A DNA stretch of 64,000 bases from an uncultured Acidobacteriota bacterium (GCA_963804995.1 CAWDSK010000006.1:1472001-1536000), one strand, 5' to 3'; numbered from the stretch's first letter, positions 19,821-29,173 are shown. Made by a program: numbers and translations. Notes: generated by a model not told the origin, from the letters alone.

Positions 19821-21174
19821 TCATGACGATGCGACCCCTTCCCGGGCCAGGCGCCGTCCAATCTCAAGCGTTGCCGCCCATTCCCCCCGGCGCTCGGCGG
19901 GTTCTGCGGTGAGCACGGCCTCCCAGGCTTCCCAAGGCAAAACTGAGTTTTTCTTGAGCCAAGCGGCGATCGCCGCCAGAGCGGCCTGTTTGGGGTTGCC
20001 TTGCTGCCGCAATGGGAGCCTCACCAACCGGCCCGCCGGCGGGGTTCCCTCGATCTGAGAGTCCACGATCAGAAGAGTTTCCTTCCGGCAGGCCGCCAGC
20101 GTGCCGTTAGCTTCCAGTTCTTTCCATCCATCCTGGCTGGCCACCAAAACCACGTCCGGGCTTTCCATGCCGGTGTAGTCGATGGAGTTGGGGCTCAAGC
20201 AGATCTCTGAAAGTGAGAATCCCGAACCCTGCGTCACGGGATTATCGTTCTTCTGCGTACAGTAAAGTCCCGTCGCCAGCGCCACGCGGCAAAACAAGGA
20301 TGCTGCTGACTGAACTCTTTCGCCCGCCGTGCCCGCTACAACCACCCGCACTTCGCCGGCCAAATCAGACGTTGCGTTGATTCGTGGGGGCGTGGGTTTG
20401 GGACTCTTGGGGCGGAGGGATTGTAATTCGTGGCGGTACAATTCCCGGAAGGTCGGCCTTTCCATCTCGCATTGCATCTCGCCCAGGGCATACCCCTGGC
20501 GCATCGAGGATCTCCTGTAACGACCCACCCTTGACCTGGTTCCAGCGGGTTCCGTAGGCGGTGCAGAGTTCGACAATCTCCACCAGAGAGAACCCCGGAA
20601 AATCGATGGCGTCAGCAATCGTCGTGGCTAAATCAGGGCTGGTGGCAAATTGCCGTGCCAGGAAGCTGGCGTGGGCGGTCCGCAGCAGTGCCAGCAAATC
20701 GAGGGGCGGAATCCAATTGCCGTCGGGCGTGGTGGAGGTTACCCAGTTAAGAGGGCTCAAGGCGGAGTGCTGGCCCCCCGTCATGCCGAACATGAAATTG
20801 TTGTGGACCAGCACCGTGACATCCACGTTGAGTTGCGCCGCATGCACCAGGTGCAGCAGGCCGATCATCGCCCCGCCATCGCCAATCATCACGATGGGTT
20901 TGAGGCCAGAGGACTCCTCGGTCGCGTCCGCCAGGGCCATTCCTGTGCCAAAAGCTGTGGAGCGGCCGTGCGTGGTATGAACCGTGTGCAGGTAGGGAAA
21001 CAGCGAGTCGGCCAGACCCACGCAGCCGATATCCGTGGTCAGCACCACCGAGCGGGGCGGAAGTTTCAAGCGCTCGAGCGCATTGCTCAGTTGGCGCACC
21101 ACCAGCGCATGACCGCAGCCACGGCAGTAAGGGAGCTTGGCGTTGGGGGCGAGGTACTGGGCATCCGCCATCAC
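19821..21174 (-). CDS. 2-oxoacid:ferredoxin oxidoreductase beta-gamma fusion, +1 frameshift near 20505
   Basis: YCRGCGH, DIGC, THGR, GDGG, GMTGGQ, ELC (beta); AGTAGERVQ, VTQGSGFSLSE (gamma) in the next frame. Confidence 0.85.
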
Positions 21175-22307
21175 GCTATCGCCCCCCGCACAGCATCAGC
21201 GATTTCACCGGGGGAAATCAGCTTGCCGATTTTGTTGATTCCGTAAACCCGCTTTCCGGAAAGGAACGGAGCCAGGGCGGCGCGATACTGGCCGGTCAGG
21301 TTCTCCTCGGCGACGAATACGGTGTCCACGCTTGCCGCCGCCCAATCGAGCCAACTCCGCGGGATGGGGAAAAGCGTTTGGATCTGCAAGAAGGAGATTC
21401 GCGAACCCTCGCTGCGCAATTTGCTCACGGCCTGGCGAGCGGCACGCGCGGTTACACCATAACTAATGAGCAGGCAGCGCGCCTCCGGATCCAGGTCAGG
21501 TTTGACCAGGGCCATCTCCTCAGCGTGCGCTTCCAGCTTGCGTTGCAAGTGCTGGAGCACTTTGAGGACCTGCGGAGAATTCTTGAGCAGCCGCCCGCGA
21601 TGGTCGTGGGCTGAGCCCGTTACCGTAACCTTGATTTCTCCACCTACCGCCGCGAAACCGGGAACGTCGGCGGGATCGTCGAAACCATAGGGAGCGTAAT
21701 CGGCGTTGGCCGTGGCTTTCTTCCGGTTCACCAGGCTCGGGACCTCAAAGGCATCATCGTCGACAACCTCCGTGGTCATGCCAACTTCCTTGTCCGACAA
21801 GAGCACCACGGGAGTGCGCAGCCTTTCCGACCAGTTGAAAGCATGAACCGCGAGTTCATAGCACTCCGCCGCGTTGCTGGGGGAGAACATCGGCAAGGTG
21901 TAGCCTCCGGAATTGGAGAACTCCGTAAGCCAAATGTCGCCTTGCGCGCCTTGGGTGGCGCCGCCCGTGCTCGGCCCCAGACGTTGCACCATGGCCACCA
22001 CCACCGGCGTCTCGGTCATGAGGGCGTATTGGACGGTCTCAATCATCAACGCCCATCCCGGCCCGGAGGTGGCAGTCATCGCTTTCAAGCCACGCAGGCT
22101 CGCCCCAACGCAATAGCAAAGTGAGGAAATTTCATCGGGAGCAGAGAGGGCAAGACCCCCGCAGGCCAGCAACTCACGCATCATCACTTCGTAGATTTCT
22201 GAAGCAGGAGTTATGGGATAACCGGCGAAGAATCGGCACCCAGCAGCAAGCGCTCCTTCGGCGAGCATTCTATTTCCAGAAGAAAACGTCGTGTCATCGT
22301 GGCTCAC
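21171..22307 (-). CDS. 2-oxoacid:ferredoxin oxidoreductase alpha subunit
   Basis: GYPITPASEI, DEIS, TATSGPG, QRLGPSTG; start uncertain. Confidence 0.9.
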   Translation of the reverse strand: MSHDDTTFSSGNRMLAEGALAAGCRFFAGYPITPASEIYEVMMRELLACGGLALSAPDEISSLCYCVGASLRGLKAMTATSGPGWALMIETVQYALMTETPVVVAMVQRLGPSTGGATQGAQGDIWLTEFSNSGGYTLPMFSPSNAAECYELAVHAFNWSERLRTPVVLLSDKEVGMTTEVVDDDAFEVPSLVNRKKATANADYAPYGFDDPADVPGFAAVGGEIKVTVTGSAHDHRGRLLKNSPQVLKVLQHLQRKLEAHAEEMALVKPDLDPEARCLLISYGVTARAARQAVSKLRSEGSRISFLQIQTLFPIPRSWLDWAAASVDTVFVAEENLTGQYRAALAPFLSGKRVYGINKIGKLISPGEIADAVRGAIA

Positions 22308-22644
22308 GCCTTGATGAAGCAACAGGAGGGCCAAGAAGGGGGTTGCTGGTGTCAATCTAACTTATTGATATGGATTGGGTTGTATGTTCAGTGTTGAAAT
22401 CTTTAACTGGAATCAGGGACATAAGGGGCCAGAAGACACGGCCATGGCGCGAAATCCACCACGCTGTATGGGCAAATCTCTGACATAATGACCCAATTCG
22501 GCGGATTTGGCAGTGGGTCGGTTTGAGGTAGGGGCAAGCCTCGTGCCTGCTCTCCCCGTCGGCATGGCCGACTTCCGGGTACCCACGGGGTACCCCTACG
22601 ACACGTGCCATGGGCATCTTGCCCATGCCGGGTCACGGGCAGGA

Positions 22645-22773
22645 GAAGGTGTGAAAAAATCGTCTAAAACCTTCTCACCGCAGAGACGCTGAGGCGCAGA
22701 GGAATGAAAATAAAGGTCCTTTTCTCTGCGCCTCAGCGCCTCCGCGGTAAGGATACTATTTCTTCACACCTTC
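22645..22773. mobile_element. 129-bp MITE inserted in a REP, GGA target duplication (second copy)
   Basis: TIR GAAGGTGTGAAAAAAT / ATTTCTTCACACCTTC; GGA both sides; same host site as 14801. Confidence 0.8.
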
Positions 22774-22825
22774 GGATGCCCGTGGCACAACGCAGGGACC
22801 AGCGGCGCTCGGCCCCCGCGAAAGA

Positions 22826-23050
22826 ATGTCAAAGGGCAAGCCCCTCGATGCGGTGCTCATGGCGGTGGTGGATCTGCTCGCCACCGACGCGACGTTGCCG
22901 CACCGCAACTTCGATCATCCGCTTTCAGGAGCATGGGGCGATTTTCGCGATTGTCATCTCAAGCCCGACCTTATTCTTATCTACCGAAGGCCGGATGCCG
23001 CCAGTCTGGAACTGGTCCGCCTCGGCTCGCACAGCGAGCTTGGCCTGTAG
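22826..23050 (+). pseudogene. YafQ-family toxin, apparently N-truncated, no antitoxin
   Basis: DHPLSGAWGDFRDCHLKPDLILIY..LVRLGSHSEL; the usual N-terminal strand and helix are missing. Confidence 0.75.
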
Positions 23051-23496
23051 GCTAAGCGAGCGTTTATACCTCATGAACAAACACCCCAGATCAATCAGGT
23101 GGGTGGCCACGGTGTCGCCGCGGCCGAAAGTCCGCCAATCTTAATGGCGGGCGGCCTTTCGTGACCGTGGGCTTTACCTTCGATCACGAACCCACGGTCA
23201 ATTCTAAAGACGAATTGGCCGTAGCCAATCTCAGGGCTGGCTGGCGCAGAACCGGGTTTCAAGCTCTGCGACTTTCGGATCGGCCGGCTGGCGTAGAGCC
23301 GCCTTTCAAGCTCTGCGGCTATTAGGGGCACACCTGAGTGCCGCGGACATACACAACAGCGGGGTAGCCACGGTCACTGCTTTTGTGACCGTGGGCTTTT
23401 CCTTCGATGACGAGCCCACGGCGGGCTGGCGCAGAGCCGGGTTTCAAGCTCTGCGGCTCTTTCCGCGCCAATCGCTTCGACAGGATTGCCTCAGCG

Positions 23497-23931
23497 CTAG
23501 AGCTGGAGGGCGCGAAGCAATTCCAGATCGGACAGTATTTGAATCCCGCGCGCGGCGCTGAAACGTCGCACTTCTTCCGTGAAAAAATCCGCATCTCGGG
23601 TACAGATGATGTCGGCGTTTCCTGCCAGTGCGGTACCGAGCACGGGTTCGTCCGCTGGATCTCTCAGCAACTTCTCCGGCACGGGCAGAGGATGGACGAG
23701 GGTGGAAACGCGGGCCAGATAATCCAAATACTCGGAAATATCCAGGGAGGTCAGGCCAGAACTCTTCAGAACCCTTGGGTAGGCCAGAATCCGCCGCAGT
23801 TCTTGCAGCAAATACTGTGAAAGGATGAGAACATCAGAGCCTGTGGCCACGGAAAGTAATCCACGGCGGGCAGGACCGTGGGCCAATTGGTGGGCGCGGG
23901 CAAGGACATTGGTGTCGAAAACAATTCTCAC
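23497..23931 (-). CDS. PIN-family toxin (PIN_3-like)
   Basis: IVFDTNVL, RDPADEPVL.TA, ICTRDADF. Confidence 0.9.
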   Translation of the reverse strand: MRIVFDTNVLARAHQLAHGPARRGLLSVATGSDVLILSQYLLQELRRILAYPRVLKSSGLTSLDISEYLDYLARVSTLVHPLPVPEKLLRDPADEPVLGTALAGNADIICTRDADFFTEEVRRFSAARGIQILSDLELLRALQL

Positions 23932-24215
23932 TCGCGTTCCCGGTATCCGGGGCGCACGTTGCGAATGGCCTCGTCGAGGGACTCTTCCATTTCCTCAGGA
24001 GATGCGCCCTTTAGTTTTTGGTCAATCCGATGGAAGTGGTCCTCCAAATTGCGCCCCGCTTCCGTGTGAGCTTCTCCTGTGGGGGCGGCGTGGGGGACAA
24101 ATGTCATGATACTTACTTCCTCATCGTCTTGCAGGGAGCGTCCCAACTCCGCCTCCAAAGCGGCGCGAGTCTCGGTTTTAAGCTCACTGGCCCTATGGAT
24201 CAAAAGGCTCGGCAT
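23928..24215 (-). CDS. Putative antitoxin
   Basis: Small acidic ORF overlapping the PIN gene by 4 bp; GGAGG SD. Confidence 0.7.
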   Translation of the reverse strand: MPSLLIHRASELKTETRAALEAELGRSLQDDEEVSIMTFVPHAAPTGEAHTEAGRNLEDHFHRIDQKLKGASPEEMEESLDEAIRNVRPGYRERE

Positions 24216-24299
24216 GATTTCAACCTCCCTCCGGAGTCCGTCACTAAAGTTTAGCATGTCTTAAGGCCCGCAAGTAGCACTGACCTGCTGTTCAAGCTT

Positions 24300-24360
24300 C
24301 GGTCCGGCCGTAATGAGGATGAGATAATTCAGGGGGGGAAGTGTCCGCGATAACAATCAT
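24300..24360 (-). pseudogene. DUF3368 (PIN) toxin N-terminal remnant
   Basis: Reads MIVIADTSPLNYLILI if one G is removed from G7 at 24332-24338, then similarity stops; ATG overlaps the UPF0175 stop. Confidence 0.75.
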
Positions 24361-24611
24361 TGGCTGCTGAACTCGCGGCTCGTTTCGGTGTCGCGATCCA
24401 GGTCCTCGAGGGTGGAGTTCAGGTACACACCGTGCTCCTTGAGGAACCCGTCGACCTGCATTCTCGTTCCGTAACCCAGGATTTTCCTGACCTGCTCCTC
24501 GGTGAGTTTGCCGGAGCGATAGCCTTCCAGCGCGAAGCTCTCCAGGAGGGCGCGCGGCAAGTCCTTAAGTTCTCCGGCAATTTCGTCGGGCAGTTCCAAA
24601 GTGATTTGCAT
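24357..24611 (-). CDS. UPF0175-family antitoxin
   Basis: MQITLELPD..ALEGYRSGKLT..GFLKEHGV..EDLDRD; AAGGAGGT SD. Confidence 0.9.
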   Translation of the reverse strand: MQITLELPDEIAGELKDLPRALLESFALEGYRSGKLTEEQVRKILGYGTRMQVDGFLKEHGVYLNSTLEDLDRDTETSREFSSQ

Positions 24612-24978
24612 AGGCTGTGGTTACCTCCTTAGCTTCACAACCCTTGCTTCAGAACACCATTTTAGCATCTCGATTGCTCCTGCCCGCACAAAATTACTTG
24701 CGCGGGTAGCGATCATGGTCACTGCTATCGTGACCGTCGGTTTTCCCTTCGATCACAAACCCACGGTCAATTCCCAAGACGAATTGACCGTGGCTACCTC
24801 CGGGTCACACAACCTCAGGCGCCGATCGAAGGGGTGAATGCAATCAAAGGATGTAGGGGTAGGGCTCCCGACTTCGTCGGGACAGGTTGCCCTACCCGGC
24901 GTTCCGCAGGGTGAATGCGGAACCAGGGGGCGGCAAGCCGTCCCCCTACACCTTGCGCAACTCGATCACCAGCTGCGC

Positions 24979-25314
24979 TTACTGGGGCGTGTCATCGCTT
25001 TCTTTTTCGAGGATGTTATTGATGTCGCGTTTTCCGTGCAGTACCCGGACCACCCGAACCCCGCCCTCGTGAGCCAGGTAATAGACGCGCACATCCTCAA
25101 ATCCCTTGACGGGCCAGGATCTCAGACCCCGCAGAGCTTCCCGGGAGAAGCGCTTGGGCGCGCCGCCCTGCGGCGTCCGGATGATCGCCTCCATCGTTCT
25201 CCGCACGGCGCTTAGGAAGCGTTCGGCCACTTTCGCCTTGTCCTGCTCAACCAGGTAGTAGCGGAACTGGCGCAGGATGTCATCCCTCGCCGCTGGGAGG
25301 ATAATCGGTTTCAA
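24979..25314 (-). CDS. RelE/ParE-family toxin
   Basis: AARDDI..Y..AERFL..LRSWPVKGF..VVRVLHGKRDI. Confidence 0.9.
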   Translation of the reverse strand: MKPIILPAARDDILRQFRYYLVEQDKAKVAERFLSAVRRTMEAIIRTPQGGAPKRFSREALRGLRSWPVKGFEDVRVYYLAHEGGVRVVRVLHGKRDINNILEKESDDTPQ

Positions 25315-25580
25315 TGCTTTTTCCGCGCGCGGTGTTTACGTGCAATCACGGTGGCCTCGTTCTTAAGTTCCCTCCAGAACTCTTTGGTCAGCGGAATTTC
25401 TTCGCCGGATGTCAAGCCTTCAACCAGCAACGCTTCCAGCCTGGCATCCTCCTCCCTGGCCCGAGCTTCGCGCAACAGGGTGCGGAAGTACTCGCTGACG
25501 TTGCCGTAATCCTTGGTGGCAATCTGGCGCTCCACAAAGCCTTTAAGCGACTCGGGGAGGGAGATGGTCACGGTTTTCAT
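25311..25580 (-). CDS. ParD-like ribbon-helix-helix antitoxin
   Basis: TISLPESLK.FV..YGNVSEYFR.LLR..LEALLVEGL.SG. Confidence 0.9.
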   Translation of the reverse strand: MKTVTISLPESLKGFVERQIATKDYGNVSEYFRTLLREARAREEDARLEALLVEGLTSGEEIPLTKEFWRELKNEATVIARKHRARKKH

Positions 25581-25967
25581 CGGCGCGCCTCCAATCTTAT
25601 CCTCTTGGTGCATCGTATCCTACCTCTTAACTATTCCCAATAGATAAGATAGCACCGGGTCTGGTCGTTGTAAAGCCGTATCCATAGTTAGTGCATTCGT
25701 GACCGTAGGCTTTCCCTTCGATGGCGAACGCAATTCCCAAGACGAATTGAGAAGGGCAGTGGCGAGTGACAAGTGACGAGTGACGAGTCGAACCGCAAAG
25801 ATTCTTGTGTGAGGCGCCGATCGAAGGGTGAATGCAATCACGAGATGTAGGGGTAGGGCTCCCGACTTCGTCGGGACAGGTTGCCCTACCCGGCGGTCCG
25901 CAGGGTGAATGCGGAACCAGGGACGGTCCGTCGGTTGACGGATTCCCGTACAACCGCCCGCTGCCGC

Positions 25968-26297
25968 TTACGAGGTACAGCCGAGAGAGAAGCCCATGGC
26001 GGCGCAGATTTCTTTCATTCGCTCCGGGCTGAGCAGCGCCACACGACGGCCCAGATGGGCCTTTGACACGGTGACGACGTTGTGCAGATTAACGGCGCAC
26101 GCGCCCTTCATTCCATCCGCTTCGGTCAAGCGGACCTCCGACGGAACACCCCGGATGGTGGAAGTGATGGGGGCCACCGTGACGCCGGACAAGTACGCGA
26201 TCGCGCTCTCCCGCGTGAGCACGACCACGGGTCTCTGCTTGTCCGGACGGGGGAATTGATAGAGGCGAACTTCTCCGCGTGCTATCGCTCCGGCCAT
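25968..26297 (-). CDS. PemK/MazF-family toxin
   Basis: RGEV, DKQRPVVVLTR, VTVAPITSTIRG.PSEV. Confidence 0.92.
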   Translation of the reverse strand: MAGAIARGEVRLYQFPRPDKQRPVVVLTRESAIAYLSGVTVAPITSTIRGVPSEVRLTEADGMKGACAVNLHNVVTVSKAHLGRRVALLSPERMKEICAAMGFSLGCTS

Positions 26298-26515
26298 GCT
26301 GCCACCTGTTCCCAATCCGTCGACTCGGCGGAGACATCGGGATGCTCCGCGTAGCCCGTGCGGTCGCGGGCCTCAAGTTCTTGCGACTCGAGACGTTTCA
26401 GGTACAGGCGCAGCGCCTCGCGAACCAGCGCCGAACGGTTCACCCTCGCCCGCCGGGCGGCTCCGTCGGTAGCGCGGAGGAGTGTCGAACCCAGGACAAC
26501 TTGGATGGTTTCCAT
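26282..26515 (-). CDS. RHH antitoxin
   Basis: TIQVVL..LL..NRSALVREAL; upstream GTGGAGTATACTCCAC palindrome overlaps a -10 TATACT 7 nt before the ATG. Confidence 0.85.
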   Translation of the reverse strand: METIQVVLGSTLLRATDGAARRARVNRSALVREALRLYLKRLESQELEARDRTGYAEHPDVSAESTDWEQVAAWPER

Positions 26516-26949
26516 ACTGTGGAGTATACTCCACACTGGACTCAACAGTCTACAGGCGCGTGGGCGGTAGGGGGCTTTGCCACGCAGCGCTTGACCTTAT
26601 ATTCGCCTCCCTGTCGTCGTGACCGTGGGCTTTTCCTATGATGACAAACGCAATTCCAGCCGCTTGAGTTTGATGCGGTCGGCGTGAACCTGGGCAAGGT
26701 CGTAGTGCGCCTGCTGCGTAAGGTGGTAGCCACAGTCAGCGAATTTCTGACTGTGGGCTTTTCTCACACGTGCCTCCCCAATCCGAAGCGGCTGGCCCTC
26801 GCCGGAAGTTCATGTTTTTGGAAAGAAGAACCCGCGGTCAGGAAAGGTCGCCGCGGCGACACCGCGGCTACCAGCTATATCCGGGTCACACAATCTCAGC
26901 CGCCGTTCGAACGGGTGAATGCAATCCGCGTCAACCGACAGGTCCACTG

Positions 26950-27318
26950 TCATGCGGGGTGATAGAGCTTGACTCCTGCAGCTAACGCAGCCCGGGCAAG
27001 TCTTCCGTCCAGTGTCCATAACTGGCAGTTCGAAAGCAGCGCGGAAGCCAGGAGGTGCGCATCGATCCAACCGATGCCGAGGCCCCAAAGCTTGCGGGCT
27101 TCAACCAGCCGCACTACCTCCTCATGGGTTGCGGAAACAGCGGAGGGGAGAGCTTCGAGATCGCTCAGAATGCGCGCCCGGGCCTTCAAATTGCCACATG
27201 CCAGTTCACCCCTGACAAACGGATGCACCATGACGAGGGCCTGGCTGAGCAAATCGCCAAGCTTCGAACCACTTTTACGGAAGTGGGCAATCCAAACTGA
27301 AGTATCAACAAGAATCAT
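26950..27318 (-). CDS. vapC: VapC PIN toxin
   Basis: MILVDTSVWI, GELACG, GIGWIDAHLLASA, LWTLD. Confidence 0.93.
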   Translation of the reverse strand: MILVDTSVWIAHFRKSGSKLGDLLSQALVMVHPFVRGELACGNLKARARILSDLEALPSAVSATHEEVVRLVEARKLWGLGIGWIDAHLLASALLSNCQLWTLDGRLARAALAAGVKLYHPA

Positions 27319-27515
27319 CGCTTCGCCCCGGTCCTCCGCCTCGGCACGGAGCGCAACCCGGGCTCGGAGCCACCCAGCGCGGCCAAACGTCGAGCGGCTT
27401 CGCGCGCAATCAAAGCCTCTAACCCGGCCCGCACCAATGCGGTCTTTTTCCGGATCCCGGTCAATTGACTGGCGTGCTCCAACAGATTCTGATCGATAAT
27501 AAGTGTTGTCCTCAT
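27315..27515 (-). CDS. vapB: VapB antitoxin (DUF2191-like)
   Basis: MRTTL.ID..LL..A..TG..KTALV..GL; TTGACC-17-CATACT promoter 7 nt upstream. Confidence 0.9.
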   Translation of the reverse strand: MRTTLIIDQNLLEHASQLTGIRKKTALVRAGLEALIAREAARRLAALGGSEPGLRSVPRRRTGAKR

Positions 27516-27711
27516 ATGCCTGAGTATGCATGATTGATGCATATTGGTCAAACCCTATCGCGAGTTCGGCGGGCTGGCGTACCTGAGGCACTCCGGGTTG
27601 GGGACCATCAGAACCGGTCGGCGCTACTTGCTGGACGCCGCCAATTGGCGAGGCAGATTCGCCCCCTGAAGATCAAGGTGAACCGCTGTCGGGGATTTCG
27701 CTGCCGGGCTT

Positions 27712-28242
27712 TCAGGGACCGTCTTTGGAGATGACAAATACCGGCCTGCGCATCCGGGAGTCCGCCACGCGCGGGAAAGGTATCCAGTTGAAGGATGGAA
27801 TCAAACGGTGATACGGGCCAAATAACTTTACGACCAGCATGGCATACGAGAGAAGGATCTGAAAGCGCATGGTGAGCCAGAGCAGGCGCCAGCTCGCCAT
27901 GGAGTCGACCCCCGCCACCTCATCGGGCGCAAGCTCTGGCGACCGGATCAATTCACTGAACGATTCCTGCAAAGCTTTCAGCCAATGGAGTGCCAGTTGT
28001 TTGCGGGCGCGAGCCAAGGAATCCGCCAGCTTGGGGAAGGCGAGATCCTGGCGCAACCAGCGATCATCAGAGGGATCGAAGATGCGTTCCGAAAGATCCA
28101 GCCAGCGGGCATTCCCGAAATGCGGGGCGCAGTTCTTTTCGGGCACCCCCTCATCCCTTTTTTCAGTCCGGGTCCTGGTGAGTAACGCCAAGATCAGGAC
28201 GAGGAAGGCAATCGCAACGGTGACGTAGATTAGAGTTATCAT
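27712..28242 (-). CDS. Hypothetical membrane-anchored protein
   Basis: N-terminal TM and a second hydrophobic segment; ATAA overlap with the upstream gene. Confidence 0.75.
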   Translation of the reverse strand: MITLIYVTVAIAFLVLILALLTRTRTEKRDEGVPEKNCAPHFGNARWLDLSERIFDPSDDRWLRQDLAFPKLADSLARARKQLALHWLKALQESFSELIRSPELAPDEVAGVDSMASWRLLWLTMRFQILLSYAMLVVKLFGPYHRLIPSFNWIPFPRVADSRMRRPVFVISKDGP

Positions 28243-28994
28243 TTGTGTAGAAACCTGGACAGAGCGTTATTGAAACGTTCAAGTTCAAGACCCAAGGTTT
28301 CAGAGTTGCCTTCGGCCACTGCCGGCGCCGGGCGCGATCCCGGCATGGGCGCAAATTCCCAAAGTCCAACCATCCAGACCAGCAAACAGAGCGTGTAGGC
28401 CATGGGAGACATAACCCAAAGAATGCTGGTGTACAAATTCCCAAAGTACTCGACGCAGGCGAAATTGGCGATGTTCACCCCTAGGTAAATGGAAAATCCT
28501 AACATCAGGCCCGCCACGTTTTTGCCTAGCTTAAGACCAAAGTGGCGGGCTGCGTAGAAAAGAACGGCGAGAATTATAGCCTTTGTCAGCGAAGCCCGGA
28601 GAGCAAAATCGAGCAATGCCATTTGCATGCTGGGAGAATGCAAAATCGTCGGGAGAATGTAAACGGCGCCGAAGCCAATGGAAATCGCGATCGTTAGAGC
28701 GCGCCCCAAGTTTCGTATGGCCGGGAAGGGTTGGAAGATGTGGTCCGAGATTTCCGCCAGCACCGCGAACTCCACCACGATGCTAAGCACATAAGAAAAC
28801 CAGTAAACCGACGCGTGTAAATCCGGCCGCGTCCAATAAACTACGTACCCTGCAACTGTGCTACAGAACAGGAAAATCAGATACGAGTAAAAAAGCGGAA
28901 ACAGCTTGGCGTGCCGGTCCCCAACCCCTCTCACGAGGAGAAGAGTTACAAGCACCAGTGCGCCGAAGCTAGTTACGAATCCAAGAGAAACCAT
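28239..28994 (-). CDS. Hypothetical polytopic membrane protein (~7 TM)
   Basis: About seven hydrophobic helices; no cytoplasmic catalytic domain. Confidence 0.8.
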   Translation of the reverse strand: MVSLGFVTSFGALVLVTLLLVRGVGDRHAKLFPLFYSYLIFLFCSTVAGYVVYWTRPDLHASVYWFSYVLSIVVEFAVLAEISDHIFQPFPAIRNLGRALTIAISIGFGAVYILPTILHSPSMQMALLDFALRASLTKAIILAVLFYAARHFGLKLGKNVAGLMLGFSIYLGVNIANFACVEYFGNLYTSILWVMSPMAYTLCLLVWMVGLWEFAPMPGSRPAPAVAEGNSETLGLELERFNNALSRFLHK

Positions 28995-29057
28995 ACGCCT
29001 ATCCGGGATGGGCGGACCGCGAGTCCCGCTTCTGCCCATCCTCGAATAGAAGCAAAG

Positions 29058-29120
29058 TTAAGCCAAAGGGGGCATGGGCATCGGTCCGACACCTTCCGGA
29101 TTCCTACGTGAGCATAGCAT
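29058..29120 (-). CDS. 20-aa peptide MLCSRRNPEGVGPMPMPPLA
   Basis: AAGGAGGT SD 7 nt before the ATG; TTGGCA-17-GATAAT upstream; below the ORF-track cutoff. Confidence 0.7.
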   Translation of the reverse strand: MLCSRRNPEGVGPMPMPPLA

Positions 29121-29144
29121 AGTCGTTACCTCCTTTCCAGCGCG

Positions 29145-29173
29145 ATTATCTGCACTAAAGTACTGGGTGCCAA
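29145..29173 (-). promoter_or_regulatory. Putative sigma-70 promoter for the peptide operon
   Basis: -35 TTGGCA (29168-29173), 17-bp spacer, -10 GATAAT (29145-29150). Confidence 0.5.

Larger units (their letters stand above)
23100..26930. repeat. GTAG-type REP/REPIN spacers between TA modules
   Basis: GTGACCGT(G/C/A)GG at 23161, 23385, 24730, 25699, 26619; GGGTGAATGCAATC near 24832, 25826, 26913; ~110-bp near-identical pair 24817-24927 / 25812-25921. Confidence 0.85.

Noticed and set aside
22800..27600. Canonical integron or CALIN
   Set aside because: No intI and no RYYYAAC..GTTRRRY attC ends found by eye; the spacers are GTAG REP-like. A covariance-model search was not run
29151..29173. 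Sigma-54 promoter at TGGCAC upstream of the peptide gene
   Set aside because: No GC at the required -12 spacing; the sigma-70 reading fits better
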